In this document: positions 47,214-57,669 of the stretch, in pieces | Numbering within the stretch: the stretch's first letter is position 1 | How the letters are laid out: each line of letters starts with the position of its first letter | Virus record (IMG/VR): IMGVR_UViG_3300025770_000870 | Coordinates: 1 to 64,000 of that record | Reading direction: 5' to 3' (one strand) | Length of the DNA: 64,000 bases | Translations under genes and position numbers: made by a program | Notes under the pieces: generated by a model | Told to the model about the DNA's origin: nothing | Database searches by the model: none | Seen by the model: only the letters and a program-made list of their open reading frames with translations

Positions 47214-47568
47214 AGTGGTTGTGTTTTAATGATTTATATATACTATAATATACGGATAATATACCAATTAACCTAATTTTATTAGTTTTAATTTAACTTT
47301 ATTTTCTTGTTATCTTTATAATCTAACATTATATAAATATAATAAAAAATACATTGAATTCCTAAATAATTTTTTATATAAAACTATAATATTGGTTTTA
47401 TCACGTTGTGAAAGAGAATGTCTGTGTTGGGAAAACCCACTAGGTAAAAGAATCTAAGTGTTTTCTACATGATTGGTGAAAACACGTATTTATTTTTTTA
47501 CGTGTTAAAAAACAGCACTTTTTGTGGTTATGTTAATATATAACATAACTAAAAACAACAAAAATATT

Positions 47569-48099
47569 ATGAAAACATTTATCAACAAATACACAATTAC
47601 TGCACTTTTAATTATCATAGGGTTTATAAACTTAAATTATGTGTCTTATCAATCAAATGCATTTGACTTATTAATGGATATAAACGAAAACAATGCCAAT
47701 TTATTAAACGATGGAGACCCAATACCTGGACTTGATTTTAGTGCAAGTTACAGAGTTACTGCCGTTAATAAAATTGATAATGATATTTGTAGTGTATCAA
47801 ATACCGTCAAAGTAAATCCAGGATTATATATGTACGTTCCAAACGCATTTACACCGAACGAAGACGGATTAAATGATTCATTTGGAGCACTTGGTTATGG
47901 TGTGAAAGAATATCACTTAATAATATATAACAGATGGGGACAATTAATATTTGAATCCGACAGACAAGATAATCAATGGGACGGTACGTATCACGGACAA
48001 AAAGCTCCGGTTGGAAGTTATGTGTACACTATTGATTCAACAGGGTATTATAATCAAGATTTCCATAAAGAAGGTATGGTGAGCATTATTAAAGTATAA
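47569..48099 (+). CDS. Protein with gliding-motility-associated C-terminal (CHU_C, T9SS type B) domain
   Basis: YVPNAFTPNEDGLNDSF, IYNRWGQLIFE, WDGTYHG...GSYVY. Confidence 0.9.
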   Translation: MKTFINKYTITALLIIIGFINLNYVSYQSNAFDLLMDINENNANLLNDGDPIPGLDFSASYRVTAVNKIDNDICSVSNTVKVNPGLYMYVPNAFTPNEDGLNDSFGALGYGVKEYHLIIYNRWGQLIFESDRQDNQWDGTYHGQKAPVGSYVYTIDSTGYYNQDFHKEGMVSIIKV

Positions 48100-48211
48100 T
48101 AAAAACAAATAAAAAATATAGCATATTTACAGTATATGGCGGGTTAATGAATTATCCGAGGATTTAGAAACTACATTAAAAACTGAGTAATAAACAGTCT
48201 ATTCTCGAACC

Positions 48212-48430
48212 TCACTCCGAAAATAATATTGTTACATCTTGGTTAAACATTTGTTCTAGTCCTTTTTTAGTAATTCTATATGGTCCATCAGTTTGTCGCT
48301 TAGGGTTCTCATTGATTAAAATATACTGAGTTCCGATTTCAACATCATCTTTACATGTTTGTAAAACTGTCCAATGATTGTTATCATCGAATATATTTAC
48401 TACTTTTATATTTCTAGTTTTAATCATCAT
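48212..48430 (-). CDS. Hypothetical protein
   Basis: ORF track. Confidence 0.6.
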   Translation of the reverse strand: MMIKTRNIKVVNIFDDNNHWTVLQTCKDDVEIGTQYILINENPKRQTDGPYRITKKGLEQMFNQDVTILFSE

Positions 48431-48720
48431 ATAACAAATTCTTTTCGTAATCTATCAATTCTCCATTTACCAATTAAAAGCTCTTTGTTATTTCGTGATA
48501 ATTGTTTAATACGATATTCTTCTTTTGAAGCGCTTGTCATATCAGGAAATTCTAAAGATTCTTCTAATACAACTGGTAATCTCCCCTTTGTGTATTTTGC
48601 ACCTTTACCAGTATTATGTTCGTTAAGTCTTCTATCAATATCAGTTGTTATGCCAGTATAGTAACTGTTATCTGAACATTGTATTATATAAACGAACCAA
48701 CTTTGTTTTTTATTTGTCAT
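48427..48720 (-). CDS. GIY-YIG nuclease (UPF0213-like)
   Basis: FVYIIQCSDNSYYTGITTDIDRRLNEHNTGKGAKYT. Confidence 0.92.
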   Translation of the reverse strand: MTNKKQSWFVYIIQCSDNSYYTGITTDIDRRLNEHNTGKGAKYTKGRLPVVLEESLEFPDMTSASKEEYRIKQLSRNNKELLIGKWRIDRLRKEFVI

Positions 48721-48869
48721 GTGTGTGTTTTATTTATATATTGTTATATATAATAAAAGTTTTATTTTAATAACACTTATGAGTTCTATTTTTATCGGAT
48801 TACCACAACTATAAATTCCTGTGTTATGGATTGGGAAGTGTAAATTGTTTAAGTATTTTATAATAAAAA

Positions 48870-49670
48870 TCATTCTTTATTATCCTTTGGTGCTTTATTT
48901 TCTAAACTTCTTCTATAACTATCATTTAAGTCCTTACTAGCAAACTTAGCACCTACTAATCCGAAGAAAATCATCATAATCATTATTGGTGTTGATGATA
49001 CATCAGAAATTTCTCCCGCGGATCCACAAAAACATACATATGCGTTATTGGCAACTAAAAGGTTATAATTCCATAAGCCGTGATATCCAATTGCGGCTAA
49101 CCACCCAATCAAAACATGTATCCATCTTTTGATTGGTAAGTTCTTAGACATCAGTACACCGAAGACCGAACGATTACCTCGCCCATTCTGTATATTGCCT
49201 TTAGCAATCCAATACCCCATGAACACACCAAATAACATATGTGCGATGGTGGCAGTTACTACACGTATTGGTAATACTTGTTCACCGTAAATACTAACAT
49301 ACTGTGCGTTCTCAATTAAAGCGAAACCCAAACCGACCATACTCATATAGAACATAGTGGCTACAGGGTGTTCTTTGGACCTATTAGACACAGTACCCAA
49401 TATAATAAACATAATCAACTTAACCAGTTCCTCCCTAGGTGCTATGAAGAAGAATGTATTAAAGAACTCTATCGGGTTTGAGTCCCAATTAGGTATCAGA
49501 ATAGATATAAACCCCAATAATATAACAGAAGTAACACCAGCCATTATATGGTTTAGTCCACGTTTGATTTTTATGGTTCCAAATGGTGATGTTAGGTATA
49601 CAATTAGCGCGTAAAGTAGAGGTGGTAATATCAACCCTAATAATAAACCTATGTTTATTCCTAGTATCAT
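48870..49670 (-). CDS. prsW: PrsW-family glutamic intramembrane protease
   Basis: PREELVK, GLGFALIEN, AHMLF, YHGLWN. Confidence 0.88.
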   Translation of the reverse strand: MILGINIGLLLGLILPPLLYALIVYLTSPFGTIKIKRGLNHIMAGVTSVILLGFISILIPNWDSNPIEFFNTFFFIAPREELVKLIMFIILGTVSNRSKEHPVATMFYMSMVGLGFALIENAQYVSIYGEQVLPIRVVTATIAHMLFGVFMGYWIAKGNIQNGRGNRSVFGVLMSKNLPIKRWIHVLIGWLAAIGYHGLWNYNLLVANNAYVCFCGSAGEISDVSSTPIMIMMIFFGLVGAKFASKDLNDSYRRSLENKAPKDNKE

Positions 49671-49690
49671 AATTTTCCCATTAACTTATT

Positions 49691-50248
49691 TTAATTTTCC
49701 AAGAAATCCAAACATTTTTGATATAAGGTCTTGTTTCCTCTATTCATATATCTTAAAATATTTTCTTTTTCTTTTAGATAAACCTTTGCGAACTTTGGGT
49801 CATTTACAAGAACGTCTTTTCCGTTATCCAAAAGGTCAGCGTATTTAATTGTTTGAGCTTTAGGTGAGATTCTACCCATTCTAATGGCTTCCATTTCTTT
49901 TCTCCCAGATCTATTCATATCAGGATAACTTTCATGTGTAAAAATATCGGTAAGTTCCTTAACTAATCTAACAACAGCCATAGCAACACCTGGTTCAACA
50001 ATCACTAACATTTCGTTCAGTAATTCAGATTCAGTTGTTGGTGTATCTTCCAAAACATCATGTAGAATTGCCGCATAAACCATAGATTCATCACCTCCAT
50101 TTTCTTTTACGGTATCTGAAACTCTAAATGTGTGTGAAACATAAGGATCACCAGAATATTTTCTTTTTTGGTCACCGTGAAGCCTTGTTGCCAATTCTTT
50201 CACCTTTTCTATTATATCAAAGGACTTATGTGTTTTAACATATCTCAT
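49691..50248 (-). CDS. Stand-alone HD-domain (p)ppGpp hydrolase (Mesh1/SAH-like)
   Basis: HGDQKRKYSGDPYVSH, AAILHDVLEDT, IKYADLLDN. Confidence 0.88.
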   Translation of the reverse strand: MRYVKTHKSFDIIEKVKELATRLHGDQKRKYSGDPYVSHTFRVSDTVKENGGDESMVYAAILHDVLEDTPTTESELLNEMLVIVEPGVAMAVVRLVKELTDIFTHESYPDMNRSGRKEMEAIRMGRISPKAQTIKYADLLDNGKDVLVNDPKFAKVYLKEKENILRYMNRGNKTLYQKCLDFLEN

Positions 50249-50390
50249 TTTCTAAAATTTATTCTTATATTTTACCAAATCTATACAATGTATATATTAA
50301 ATATAAACTTTATTTATATAGTTAAATATTTAAAAGTATGAAATTTTTTGACAGTTTGTTATTTTATATATAAAAATAAAAAATATATCG

Positions 50391-50762
50391 GTGAAGAAAA
50401 TATTGATAATAGAAGATGATGTAGATATAAGAGATACTATTGCCTCCATTCTTACAGTTAGTTCTTTCGATGTTTATACTGCTGCTAATGGTAAATCTGG
50501 TGTTGAAATGGTGATGAGTAAAAAACCAAACCTTATAATTTGTGATGTTAACATGCCAATTATGAGTGGGTTTGGGGTATTATCAAAATTAAAAAAAGAA
50601 TTATCTGAAAATGATATGCCAATATTTTTATTTCTAACCGCTAGTATTGGTCAAGAAAATATTGATAAGGGTATGTGCCTCGGCGCTGATGGTTATATTT
50701 CGAAACCATTTAAGGTTTCTGAGTTATTGAACTCTATAAACAATAATTTTGAAAAAATATAA
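50391..50762 (+). CDS. Single-domain response regulator (receiver)
   Basis: ILIIEDD, ICDVNMP, FLTA, GADGYISKPF. Confidence 0.93.
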   Translation: MKKILIIEDDVDIRDTIASILTVSSFDVYTAANGKSGVEMVMSKKPNLIICDVNMPIMSGFGVLSKLKKELSENDMPIFLFLTASIGQENIDKGMCLGADGYISKPFKVSELLNSINNNFEKI

Positions 50763-50766
50763 ATAT

Positions 50767-51366
50767 TTAACAAAAAAGATTTTTATCTATTTTTTTATTT
50801 AATCTTCTCATAGCCCGTTTAATTCTTTGGTTACAAGTCCTAGGTGTTATGTCGTGTTTTTCCTCTATTTCTTTTTCGGTATACCCATAAACATATTTGT
50901 CTATAACCATCCTAACTTCTAGTGGATCTAACTCTTTATATAATAACCTAACTAATGTTATGAAAGGAACCTTATCGGTTTGATCATATGTTTTATCCTC
51001 AATGTCCCATTTACGTTGTGTTGAAATATCATCTATGCTTGTGGTGATAACCCTTTTCTTACGTCTATTTATTGATAAAATGTGGTTATTAAAACAATAT
51101 GTTAACCAAGAACCAAAAGAAGATTTCAATTTATCAAATTTCGATAAGTCCTTAGTTAAAATCCTAGTCAAAAATATCAACACTTCATCTTCCATCTCTT
51201 CCTTAGATAGATTAACTAGAGTTGTGTTTTTAATTTTGTTGTATAATATAGGTTTAAACTTATTGAATAACCTAGTGATAGATTTTTGGTCACCTTTTTT
51301 AGATTTTTCAACAAATAGATTTGTTTCATCAATAGTAAAATAAAAAAATTTATTTAAAATAATCAT
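50767..51366 (-). CDS. Sigma-70/ECF-like RNA polymerase sigma factor
   Basis: KGDQKSITRLF, FDKLKSSFGSWL (region 2), GYTEKEIEE...RIKRA (region 4 HTH). Confidence 0.75.
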   Translation of the reverse strand: MIILNKFFYFTIDETNLFVEKSKKGDQKSITRLFNKFKPILYNKIKNTTLVNLSKEEMEDEVLIFLTRILTKDLSKFDKLKSSFGSWLTYCFNNHILSINRRKKRVITTSIDDISTQRKWDIEDKTYDQTDKVPFITLVRLLYKELDPLEVRMVIDKYVYGYTEKEIEEKHDITPRTCNQRIKRAMRRLNKKIDKNLFC

Positions 51367-51371
51367 ACTAA

Positions 51372-51614
51372 TTATTTGAACATTGATTCGGGAATAATCA
51401 CTATATGTGATTGTCGTATTTTATATCTAGTATAAGTATCAGATTGATCATAGAAATTTTCTGGTTCTTCTCCAGGTAATAACGGACGCTCACTAAATTG
51501 ATTTTTGCAATATTTAACTAATGAACTATGAGAAGTAGAAACAGCTTTAACTTTTTCAAAAACTTCATCCATAACATCATCATAGGTAATTTCAACTAAT
51601 TCTAAATTTATCAT
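51372..51614 (-). CDS. Hypothetical protein
   Basis: ORF track. Confidence 0.6.
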   Translation of the reverse strand: MINLELVEITYDDVMDEVFEKVKAVSTSHSSLVKYCKNQFSERPLLPGEEPENFYDQSDTYTRYKIRQSHIVIIPESMFK

Positions 51615-51618
51615 ATTT

Positions 51619-51858
51619 TTATCTCTTTTTTATCAAAATAGTTATTCCGGCGGCCCCACAAGATAAACTATATGTATTAGATTTATTCTCGTTTATAAAA
51701 CCATAATCTTTGAACCTAAATATTATAATATCATTACCCTCAAACCAACCATGAATAGCGTTAGTAGCATAATCAATTGATGGTGATTTTATTAATCCTG
51801 ATTTCCAATTATCACGGAACTCTTCCTCAAACTCTTCTATACTAATATATATTAACAC
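51619..51858 (-). CDS. Hypothetical protein
   Basis: ORF track. Confidence 0.6.
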   Translation of the reverse strand: MLIYISIEEFEEEFRDNWKSGLIKSPSIDYATNAIHGWFEGNDIIIFRFKDYGFINENKSNTYSLSCGAAGITILIKKR

Positions 51859-51978
51859 TTAAATAACTTTTTAAATCTAAAACTTGCTTTGTCCATATTA
51901 TTAAAAATTATATAGATAAATGGATGAATGTTTAATAAAATTTTAAATAATTCATATAATTCACATAATATATACTTA

Positions 51979-52419
51979 ATGAGGTATCTAAGAACTAAAT
52001 GGAGTAAATATCTTCCCAGAAAAGTGTTTACCCCACTCGATAAACCAGAAACGTATGGGTCATTTGGGGATGTATTGTTTGTGATAAATAATAACTATAA
52101 TAATCAACATACATCTAGAAACTTACCTTACAATGGAATACACGCCTGGTGTGTGTGGGAAAAAGACTTAGATAGGTTTTGGGAGTTATCAGAATCAGAA
52201 GGCCTCAATAAGGATGATTTTTACTTCATGGAGGGGGGGGATATAATAAACATTAAAGCTCTAAGATGGGAATCCGTAGAATTCTACGTGAAAGGAAAAA
52301 ATTATGATATTCCTAAATTAGAAGACTTTGATATTGATAAACACACACTAAAATGGTTAGAAGAATCTGATAATTATGGATTAACACATCAACTATTAAT
52401 AGAAGTGGATAAAAATTAG
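51979..52419 (+). CDS. Hypothetical protein (leader-like start)
   Basis: Preferred start MRYLRTKW after TAATATATA at 51966. Confidence 0.7.
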   Translation: MRYLRTKWSKYLPRKVFTPLDKPETYGSFGDVLFVINNNYNNQHTSRNLPYNGIHAWCVWEKDLDRFWELSESEGLNKDDFYFMEGGDIINIKALRWESVEFYVKGKNYDIPKLEDFDIDKHTLKWLEESDNYGLTHQLLIEVDKN

Positions 52420-52424
52420 TGATA

Positions 52425-52754
52425 TTATTGTCCTATTGTTATTGTAATTCCTACTATTAATAGACTTGATCCTGTTATCACAGCTAATAAATGCGCTGGT
52501 TGTTTGTATATTGGTCTTTGTTGATATTTTCCATTTACAAATTCACCTTCATTGGGTGTTGCCAACCCTAGTAATGTAAACATCCCACCAGCAACCATTA
52601 AAGCATATCCAGAATGGACATCCATTTGTCTGTGAGTTGTTTTTTGTTGAAGGTGTAAATTTACGTTATAAAGATTGTCCGGAAGTTCCTCTTTAGACAT
52701 TTGAGCCATTGTGAGTAATGGTAAGAACATTAATATACATAATATTTTTTTCAT
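52425..52754 (-). CDS. Membrane protein with signal peptide
   Basis: Signal peptide plus two TM segments. Confidence 0.7.
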   Translation of the reverse strand: MKKILCILMFLPLLTMAQMSKEELPDNLYNVNLHLQQKTTHRQMDVHSGYALMVAGGMFTLLGLATPNEGEFVNGKYQQRPIYKQPAHLLAVITGSSLLIVGITITIGQ

Positions 52755-53734
52755 TTGAGTTGTTTTTTAAATTGACGACCACCTATTTGACCAAGTGGAT
52801 TAAAATATACATAGTTTGGTTCATGTAGTCCTTTGGTAGGAACCGTAACTTCGATAATATCAAACTCTTCTTCATTTCCATCATAATCAATTTGTCGGAG
52901 CATATAGTAATTAGTTTGTGATTCGGGTCGATGACTTGATTGATATTTAATGGTAGTGTTACTGTTTCCAGCACCATTCTTTCTTTCTATTATTTCCCAT
53001 ATTCTACCATCTTCTGAATGTAGAATTTCAAACTTATCGTTATTAATTTCACTAGCGGTTATCCAAGTTAATACAACTATATTGTTATCTTCATTATAAG
53101 CACCATACCAATTAGTTAATGCTATTGGTAATGTACCATTCGGAGCGTCAAATGAAAAAGAAGTAATATCATAATAATAAACTAGAACTTGTCTAGGGTT
53201 TCCTCCAACATAAGAGTTAGAAATGTCAACAGGAGTCTGAAATGGCCCTCCTTGATTATAACTCCAAGAACTAAGATTAGAACGATACCAAATAACAAAT
53301 GTAGGGTCCGTTATTAATTGAAATCTAACTTGAGTTGTTGTATTGGGTACCCTTGTGTCAACTACACCAGAGAATCCTGCTGTATATGTAGCGTCATTAA
53401 CCCAAGCTCCTTGGTCAAAATAATCAAATGTCATGAAATCCCAACCATTTTCAATATATCCTGATAAAGGATATGATACATCTACATTACCTATAACATT
53501 GGAAAAGTCTAGTATTGGACTCATTATGGTAATCGTATCGTTATTTAGGTAAGGTGTACTTCCCAAATTAAAACTTGCGTAATTTTCAGTTCCACCATAA
53601 TTCTGTGTTCCGGATCCATTATCAGCGGTCCATTCACCAACCCCATTAAAGGAATCAAACTCTTCAATTAAGGGGTATTGAGCAAACACAATGTTTACCC
53701 ATAATATTAGTAATATGTTAATAATGTGTTTCAT
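52751..53734 (-). CDS. Secreted Bacteroidota-type protein (LPI-x-L / W.TASE.NND module)
   Basis: Signal peptide; LPIALTNW, WITASEINNDKFEI, YYMLRQIDYDG. Confidence 0.8.
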   Translation of the reverse strand: MKHIINILLILWVNIVFAQYPLIEEFDSFNGVGEWTADNGSGTQNYGGTENYASFNLGSTPYLNNDTITIMSPILDFSNVIGNVDVSYPLSGYIENGWDFMTFDYFDQGAWVNDATYTAGFSGVVDTRVPNTTTQVRFQLITDPTFVIWYRSNLSSWSYNQGGPFQTPVDISNSYVGGNPRQVLVYYYDITSFSFDAPNGTLPIALTNWYGAYNEDNNIVVLTWITASEINNDKFEILHSEDGRIWEIIERKNGAGNSNTTIKYQSSHRPESQTNYYMLRQIDYDGNEEEFDIIEVTVPTKGLHEPNYVYFNPLGQIGGRQFKKQLK

Positions 53735-53905
53735 CTCTACATGTTTATCGATTTATTCGTCCTTGATTTGATCCTTTGGATCAGTAATTATAGCCTTTTT
53801 AATCACCATCCATACACATATTATGAACGCAAATATCCAACTAAATATTACTATTTCTACCATTTCTTATATTATATATTAAATTCTATTAAGTCTTATT
53901 TTCTA

Positions 53906-54145
53906 TTATAAATTATCTGGATTAGATTTATTCAATTTAACACCTCTTAATATACCAAGCTCAATTCTTAACTTATCAACCTCATCACGCAAACATTGGT
54001 CACCATCTTGGTTATTGGGTTGATATTTCCCGCCTCTGTTTGATATAATTTTGGATGTTAAGTAATTTTCAATATCTATAATTCTACTCAATTTATCTTC
54101 TTTTGTTTTAGCGTCACAGTTATCCATTGGTCTTTTTCCAATCAT
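53906..54145 (-). CDS. Hypothetical protein
   Basis: ORF track. Confidence 0.55.
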   Translation of the reverse strand: MIGKRPMDNCDAKTKEDKLSRIIDIENYLTSKIISNRGGKYQPNNQDGDQCLRDEVDKLRIELGILRGVKLNKSNPDNL

Positions 54146-54609
54146 CTTTCTTTAGTTTAATTTTATCTTCTTCCTCTTGAATTCCTCGGACTTGTTGTTG
54201 ATTGTCCATATGTGAATCGTTTACTTTTATTCCTTTTCTTACGGGTTGGGTGAGTCCATAGAAATGAAACTTTCTTTTTACTTCGCCATTTCCTCGACCT
54301 TTCTGCATTCTTGAAGGTTTTCATTTCCCATTTGTACATTTGTCCATGTACTTGTAATGAAATTATTATTAATATAAGTATAAGTATAATTCGAAACAAT
54401 TTAATATCTTTTAATTTATTATAAATAATATCATTACCAATAGTATGATAGAAAATATTAAAATTAACACACCATGTTGGATTTTAATATCTCTTAACAT
54501 TCCATCTATGAGTATTTTATCTTCTTCTTTGTATTTTTTATCTTGTTCTTTCTCTCTTCCGTTTTTAAAATACAATTCATTATCTTTTTTTGGTATCATT
54601 TTATTATTT

Positions 54610-55131
54610 TTAATTCAAGATATCATCTATTATAGAATCTCTTATATGTGATTTGGTTAAGTATTTAGATAATATCTTAGTTAGATTTAAGCTTTCAAAT
54701 ACTTCATAATCTAATCTATGCTCTGTATAACTTTGTTCAGGCTCATTAACATGATATGAATACATATCAAATCTAGTTGATTTAATACCAGCATCTGAAT
54801 AAATTAAATCAGATTTCCATAGATTAGATGCTCCTGTGTTGTAAATTATAACAACTGAATAAGAATAACCCAGCCGATTAATTCTACCAAACCCACCAGA
54901 CATATTAAAAGCATTTAACTTTGATTTATCATTTTCATTACGTATGAATTCACCTTTAGTAATAACTGAGAAGGTGTTTAATATAGTCACAGGTACTTTT
55001 TCACTATAATAACCTTCTTCACCATCATAATCATCATAGTGTCGTATGTTAATACACCCATCTTTGATCTGATAATCTCTGATTATTTTAAGTGTGTCTT
55101 CACACTCAACGATATGTATCTTGGTTTTCAT
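54610..55131 (-). CDS. Hypothetical protein
   Basis: ORF track; C-terminal IRDSIIDDILN. Confidence 0.7.
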   Translation of the reverse strand: MKTKIHIVECEDTLKIIRDYQIKDGCINIRHYDDYDGEEGYYSEKVPVTILNTFSVITKGEFIRNENDKSKLNAFNMSGGFGRINRLGYSYSVVIIYNTGASNLWKSDLIYSDAGIKSTRFDMYSYHVNEPEQSYTEHRLDYEVFESLNLTKILSKYLTKSHIRDSIIDDILN

Positions 55132-55168
55132 CTCCTAAAATATAATAAATTTTAAACTTTTCATTATT

Positions 55169-55426
55169 TTATTTTTCACCTTTGTTACATTTCTTGTGAT
55201 GTCTATAATCCTTAATTCCTATTATTAAGGTGAGTATTCCAACGAAAGCCCAGATTATTGCAAAAACAGGACTGTGCATAACCTTATCAAACCAACTATC
55301 ATGATTGTGTGTATTCTCAACAGAATACGCGACAAGTATCATCGATTGTATAAATTGAATTATGTGGAACATTCCATGTAGAAAATTCAACACACCTACG
55401 GATATCAGAATCAAAGACCTTTTCAT
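55169..55426 (-). CDS. Small His-rich membrane protein
   Basis: Two TM segments. Confidence 0.65.
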   Translation of the reverse strand: MKRSLILISVGVLNFLHGMFHIIQFIQSMILVAYSVENTHNHDSWFDKVMHSPVFAIIWAFVGILTLIIGIKDYRHHKKCNKGEK

Positions 55427-55495
55427 AATTTATTTTTAATTTGTCACAAAATACACATAATATAATTATTATACAAATAAATACTGAACTATATA

Positions 55496-55801
55496 TCAAA
55501 GTCGTGTTTCAAAACCAGATAATATATCGGCACATCTATCATTAACCTGTTTTTCGGTGAATTTTGGAAATTTAACATGTAAAAGTTCGTGTAAAATATA
55601 TTCATCTGTTAATTTTCTATCATGGTATATTGTGGCAATTTTATTTTCAATATCTATATATACACCCACGAAATATCTATCTTCTTTAGGTATAGATTTA
55701 TCATATAAAACTTGTTCCTTATCTATGCTTTCAGATGATATAAACCACTCTGTTAGACACAATTGTTTTTTCCAAAACAAGATATTATCATTATTCCTCA
55801 T
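55496..55801 (-). CDS. Small HExxH metallopeptidase-like protein
   Basis: ILHELLH motif with downstream E. Confidence 0.55.
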   Translation of the reverse strand: MRNNDNILFWKKQLCLTEWFISSESIDKEQVLYDKSIPKEDRYFVGVYIDIENKIATIYHDRKLTDEYILHELLHVKFPKFTEKQVNDRCADILSGFETRL

Positions 55802-56118
55802 CGTTATATTGTTCTGAATCGGTTAATTCTATTTCATCTTCCTTTTTTAATTGACAAGTAGCACAACAATTCTCTGTACCATGATTAACTTCCATAGGAG
55901 CGTACATTGTCATTAAAGCTGTTATTAACAAGGCTATTGTGTGTATTATTTTTTTTATTATTTTCATTCTTATTATTTTCAATAAATATAGGTATTTTTC
56001 CGGATAAAAACAAAAAAATCCTTGTAAACATTACAATATTTATCATAATATATTAATACATGTTTGGTGTGGTACCAAATGGGATAGAAATGGTAAGAGG
56101 TTGTATGTAGAATTAGTC

Positions 56119-56469
56119 TTAGTTAAGATTGTCAAGAAATCCTTTCTCAACCTTACTCAAAGATTCAACACCATACTTAGAAATTTTCTCTAGTATCGAA
56201 TCTATATCAAGGTTCTTTGATTTCTTAGTTGGTGAAAAAGAATCCATTTCTTTTAACTTATCAGAAAAAGAATTAAGAAAAATAATATTGTCTTTATCTT
56301 TCTTAGCTGTGAATGCTATTAATCTACTACCATCTAGGAAAAGTTTAGCGAATCCTTTCCCCTTATTTCCTAAAAGGATATCCATATCAAGGTTAAGTTG
56401 TTTAGCAACCTCGATGAGTTTCTCGTTATTGAATTTAGTAAGGTCGATACAGATTATATTAGTTTTCAT
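56119..56469 (-). CDS. Hypothetical protein
   Basis: ORF track; LDIDSILEKISKYGVESLS (DUF6576-like tail). Confidence 0.7.
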   Translation of the reverse strand: MKTNIICIDLTKFNNEKLIEVAKQLNLDMDILLGNKGKGFAKLFLDGSRLIAFTAKKDKDNIIFLNSFSDKLKEMDSFSPTKKSKNLDIDSILEKISKYGVESLSKVEKGFLDNLN

Positions 56470-56532
56470 GAGTGATTTGTTTAATTATAATACAATATAC
56501 GGATAATATACGGATAAACAAGCATTATTACC

Positions 56533-56554
56533 AAAAAACCCAAGTTGGGTTTTT
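56533..56554. terminator. Intrinsic terminator
   Basis: AAAAAACCCAA-G-TTGGGTTTTT inverted repeat. Confidence 0.7.
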
Positions 56555-56561
56555 ATGTTTA

Positions 56562-57191
56562 TTATTTTCTTGTAGTTGTTACGAATCTGTAATGAGATAC
56601 CATCTGAACTCCATTAACCCATATCGCTCTTGCGTGGAATGTAGTATCTTCTACTTTGATTAGAACTTCGAATTCATTCCAAGAGTTAGATAGCTCTTCA
56701 ATATCAATTCTAAAGTGGTTCCCTTTAGGTGTAATACTCTTACACATCTTATCAATCATCTTGTTAAAACGGTTGTCGAAACCCTCTTTAACCTCACCTA
56801 ACCAGTTTAGTCTATGAATGTCTAATAAGCTCATAACACTTCTTGAACGTGCAATATCTCTCATAACACCAGAGATACTTGGTTTAGTTACTAATTTAGT
56901 ATTAGCAGCCATCTGAGCCACTATTAAATCTTGTGATGTCTTATACTTATACTTATTAATTCTATTAACCAACCCTAAGTCATTATAAGATTTATCTTTA
57001 ACCGCTTCGTAAGCATCAACAACGTTATCAAACTTACCCCACATAGAATCTAAGTTCTTTTGGTGAGGTGCTATCTGAGAGTTAACATACGATGTGTAGT
57101 TATGGTTTCTGAATGGATTAAATAAAACGTTTAATCTATTAGTTAATGATGATCTGAATTGTGAATTTCTTTTTTCTTGTGCTTTTGACAT
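56562..57191 (-). CDS. Hypothetical protein
   Basis: Preferred start MSKAQ after a TTG...TATATTTG promoter. Confidence 0.75.
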   Translation of the reverse strand: MSKAQEKRNSQFRSSLTNRLNVLFNPFRNHNYTSYVNSQIAPHQKNLDSMWGKFDNVVDAYEAVKDKSYNDLGLVNRINKYKYKTSQDLIVAQMAANTKLVTKPSISGVMRDIARSRSVMSLLDIHRLNWLGEVKEGFDNRFNKMIDKMCKSITPKGNHFRIDIEELSNSWNEFEVLIKVEDTTFHARAIWVNGVQMVSHYRFVTTTRK

Positions 57192-57669
57192 AGTTCTTTC
57201 GTTTTTGTAGTGTGATACAAATATAAGGAATTTATTAAACACATACAAGGTTATTACACATTATATTTAATATAATAAATAAGATTATATCATCTTAAAC
57301 AAAATAAATATAGCTACAAGAACTAAAGCTATTTTGAATACTCCTTTGAATAAGTTAACTATAATCAAAACAATACCAACGGTAATTAAAAACTTGATTA
57401 GTTTAGGGATTAAGTAGAATGTGATTGCTATCAGAATAAGTGGAAGTAAGAGTGTCATGTCGTAGTGGTTTAATGATTTATATATACTACAATATACGGA
57501 TAATATACTGATTATACAAGTTTATTTGGATAATTATCAATTATTTCTTAAAATAAATGATATTTATGAATAAAATCGTATAAAACCAACAGTATAATTG
57601 TGTTATTTTACTTAATATATATCTCTGAAAGCCTTATTACATAAGGTTATATAAAAAAAAATTTATAAT

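Noticed and set aside
48427-48720. Homing endonuclease or intron
   Set aside because: Short UPF0213-type GIY-YIG with no DNA-binding tail and no interrupted gene around it.
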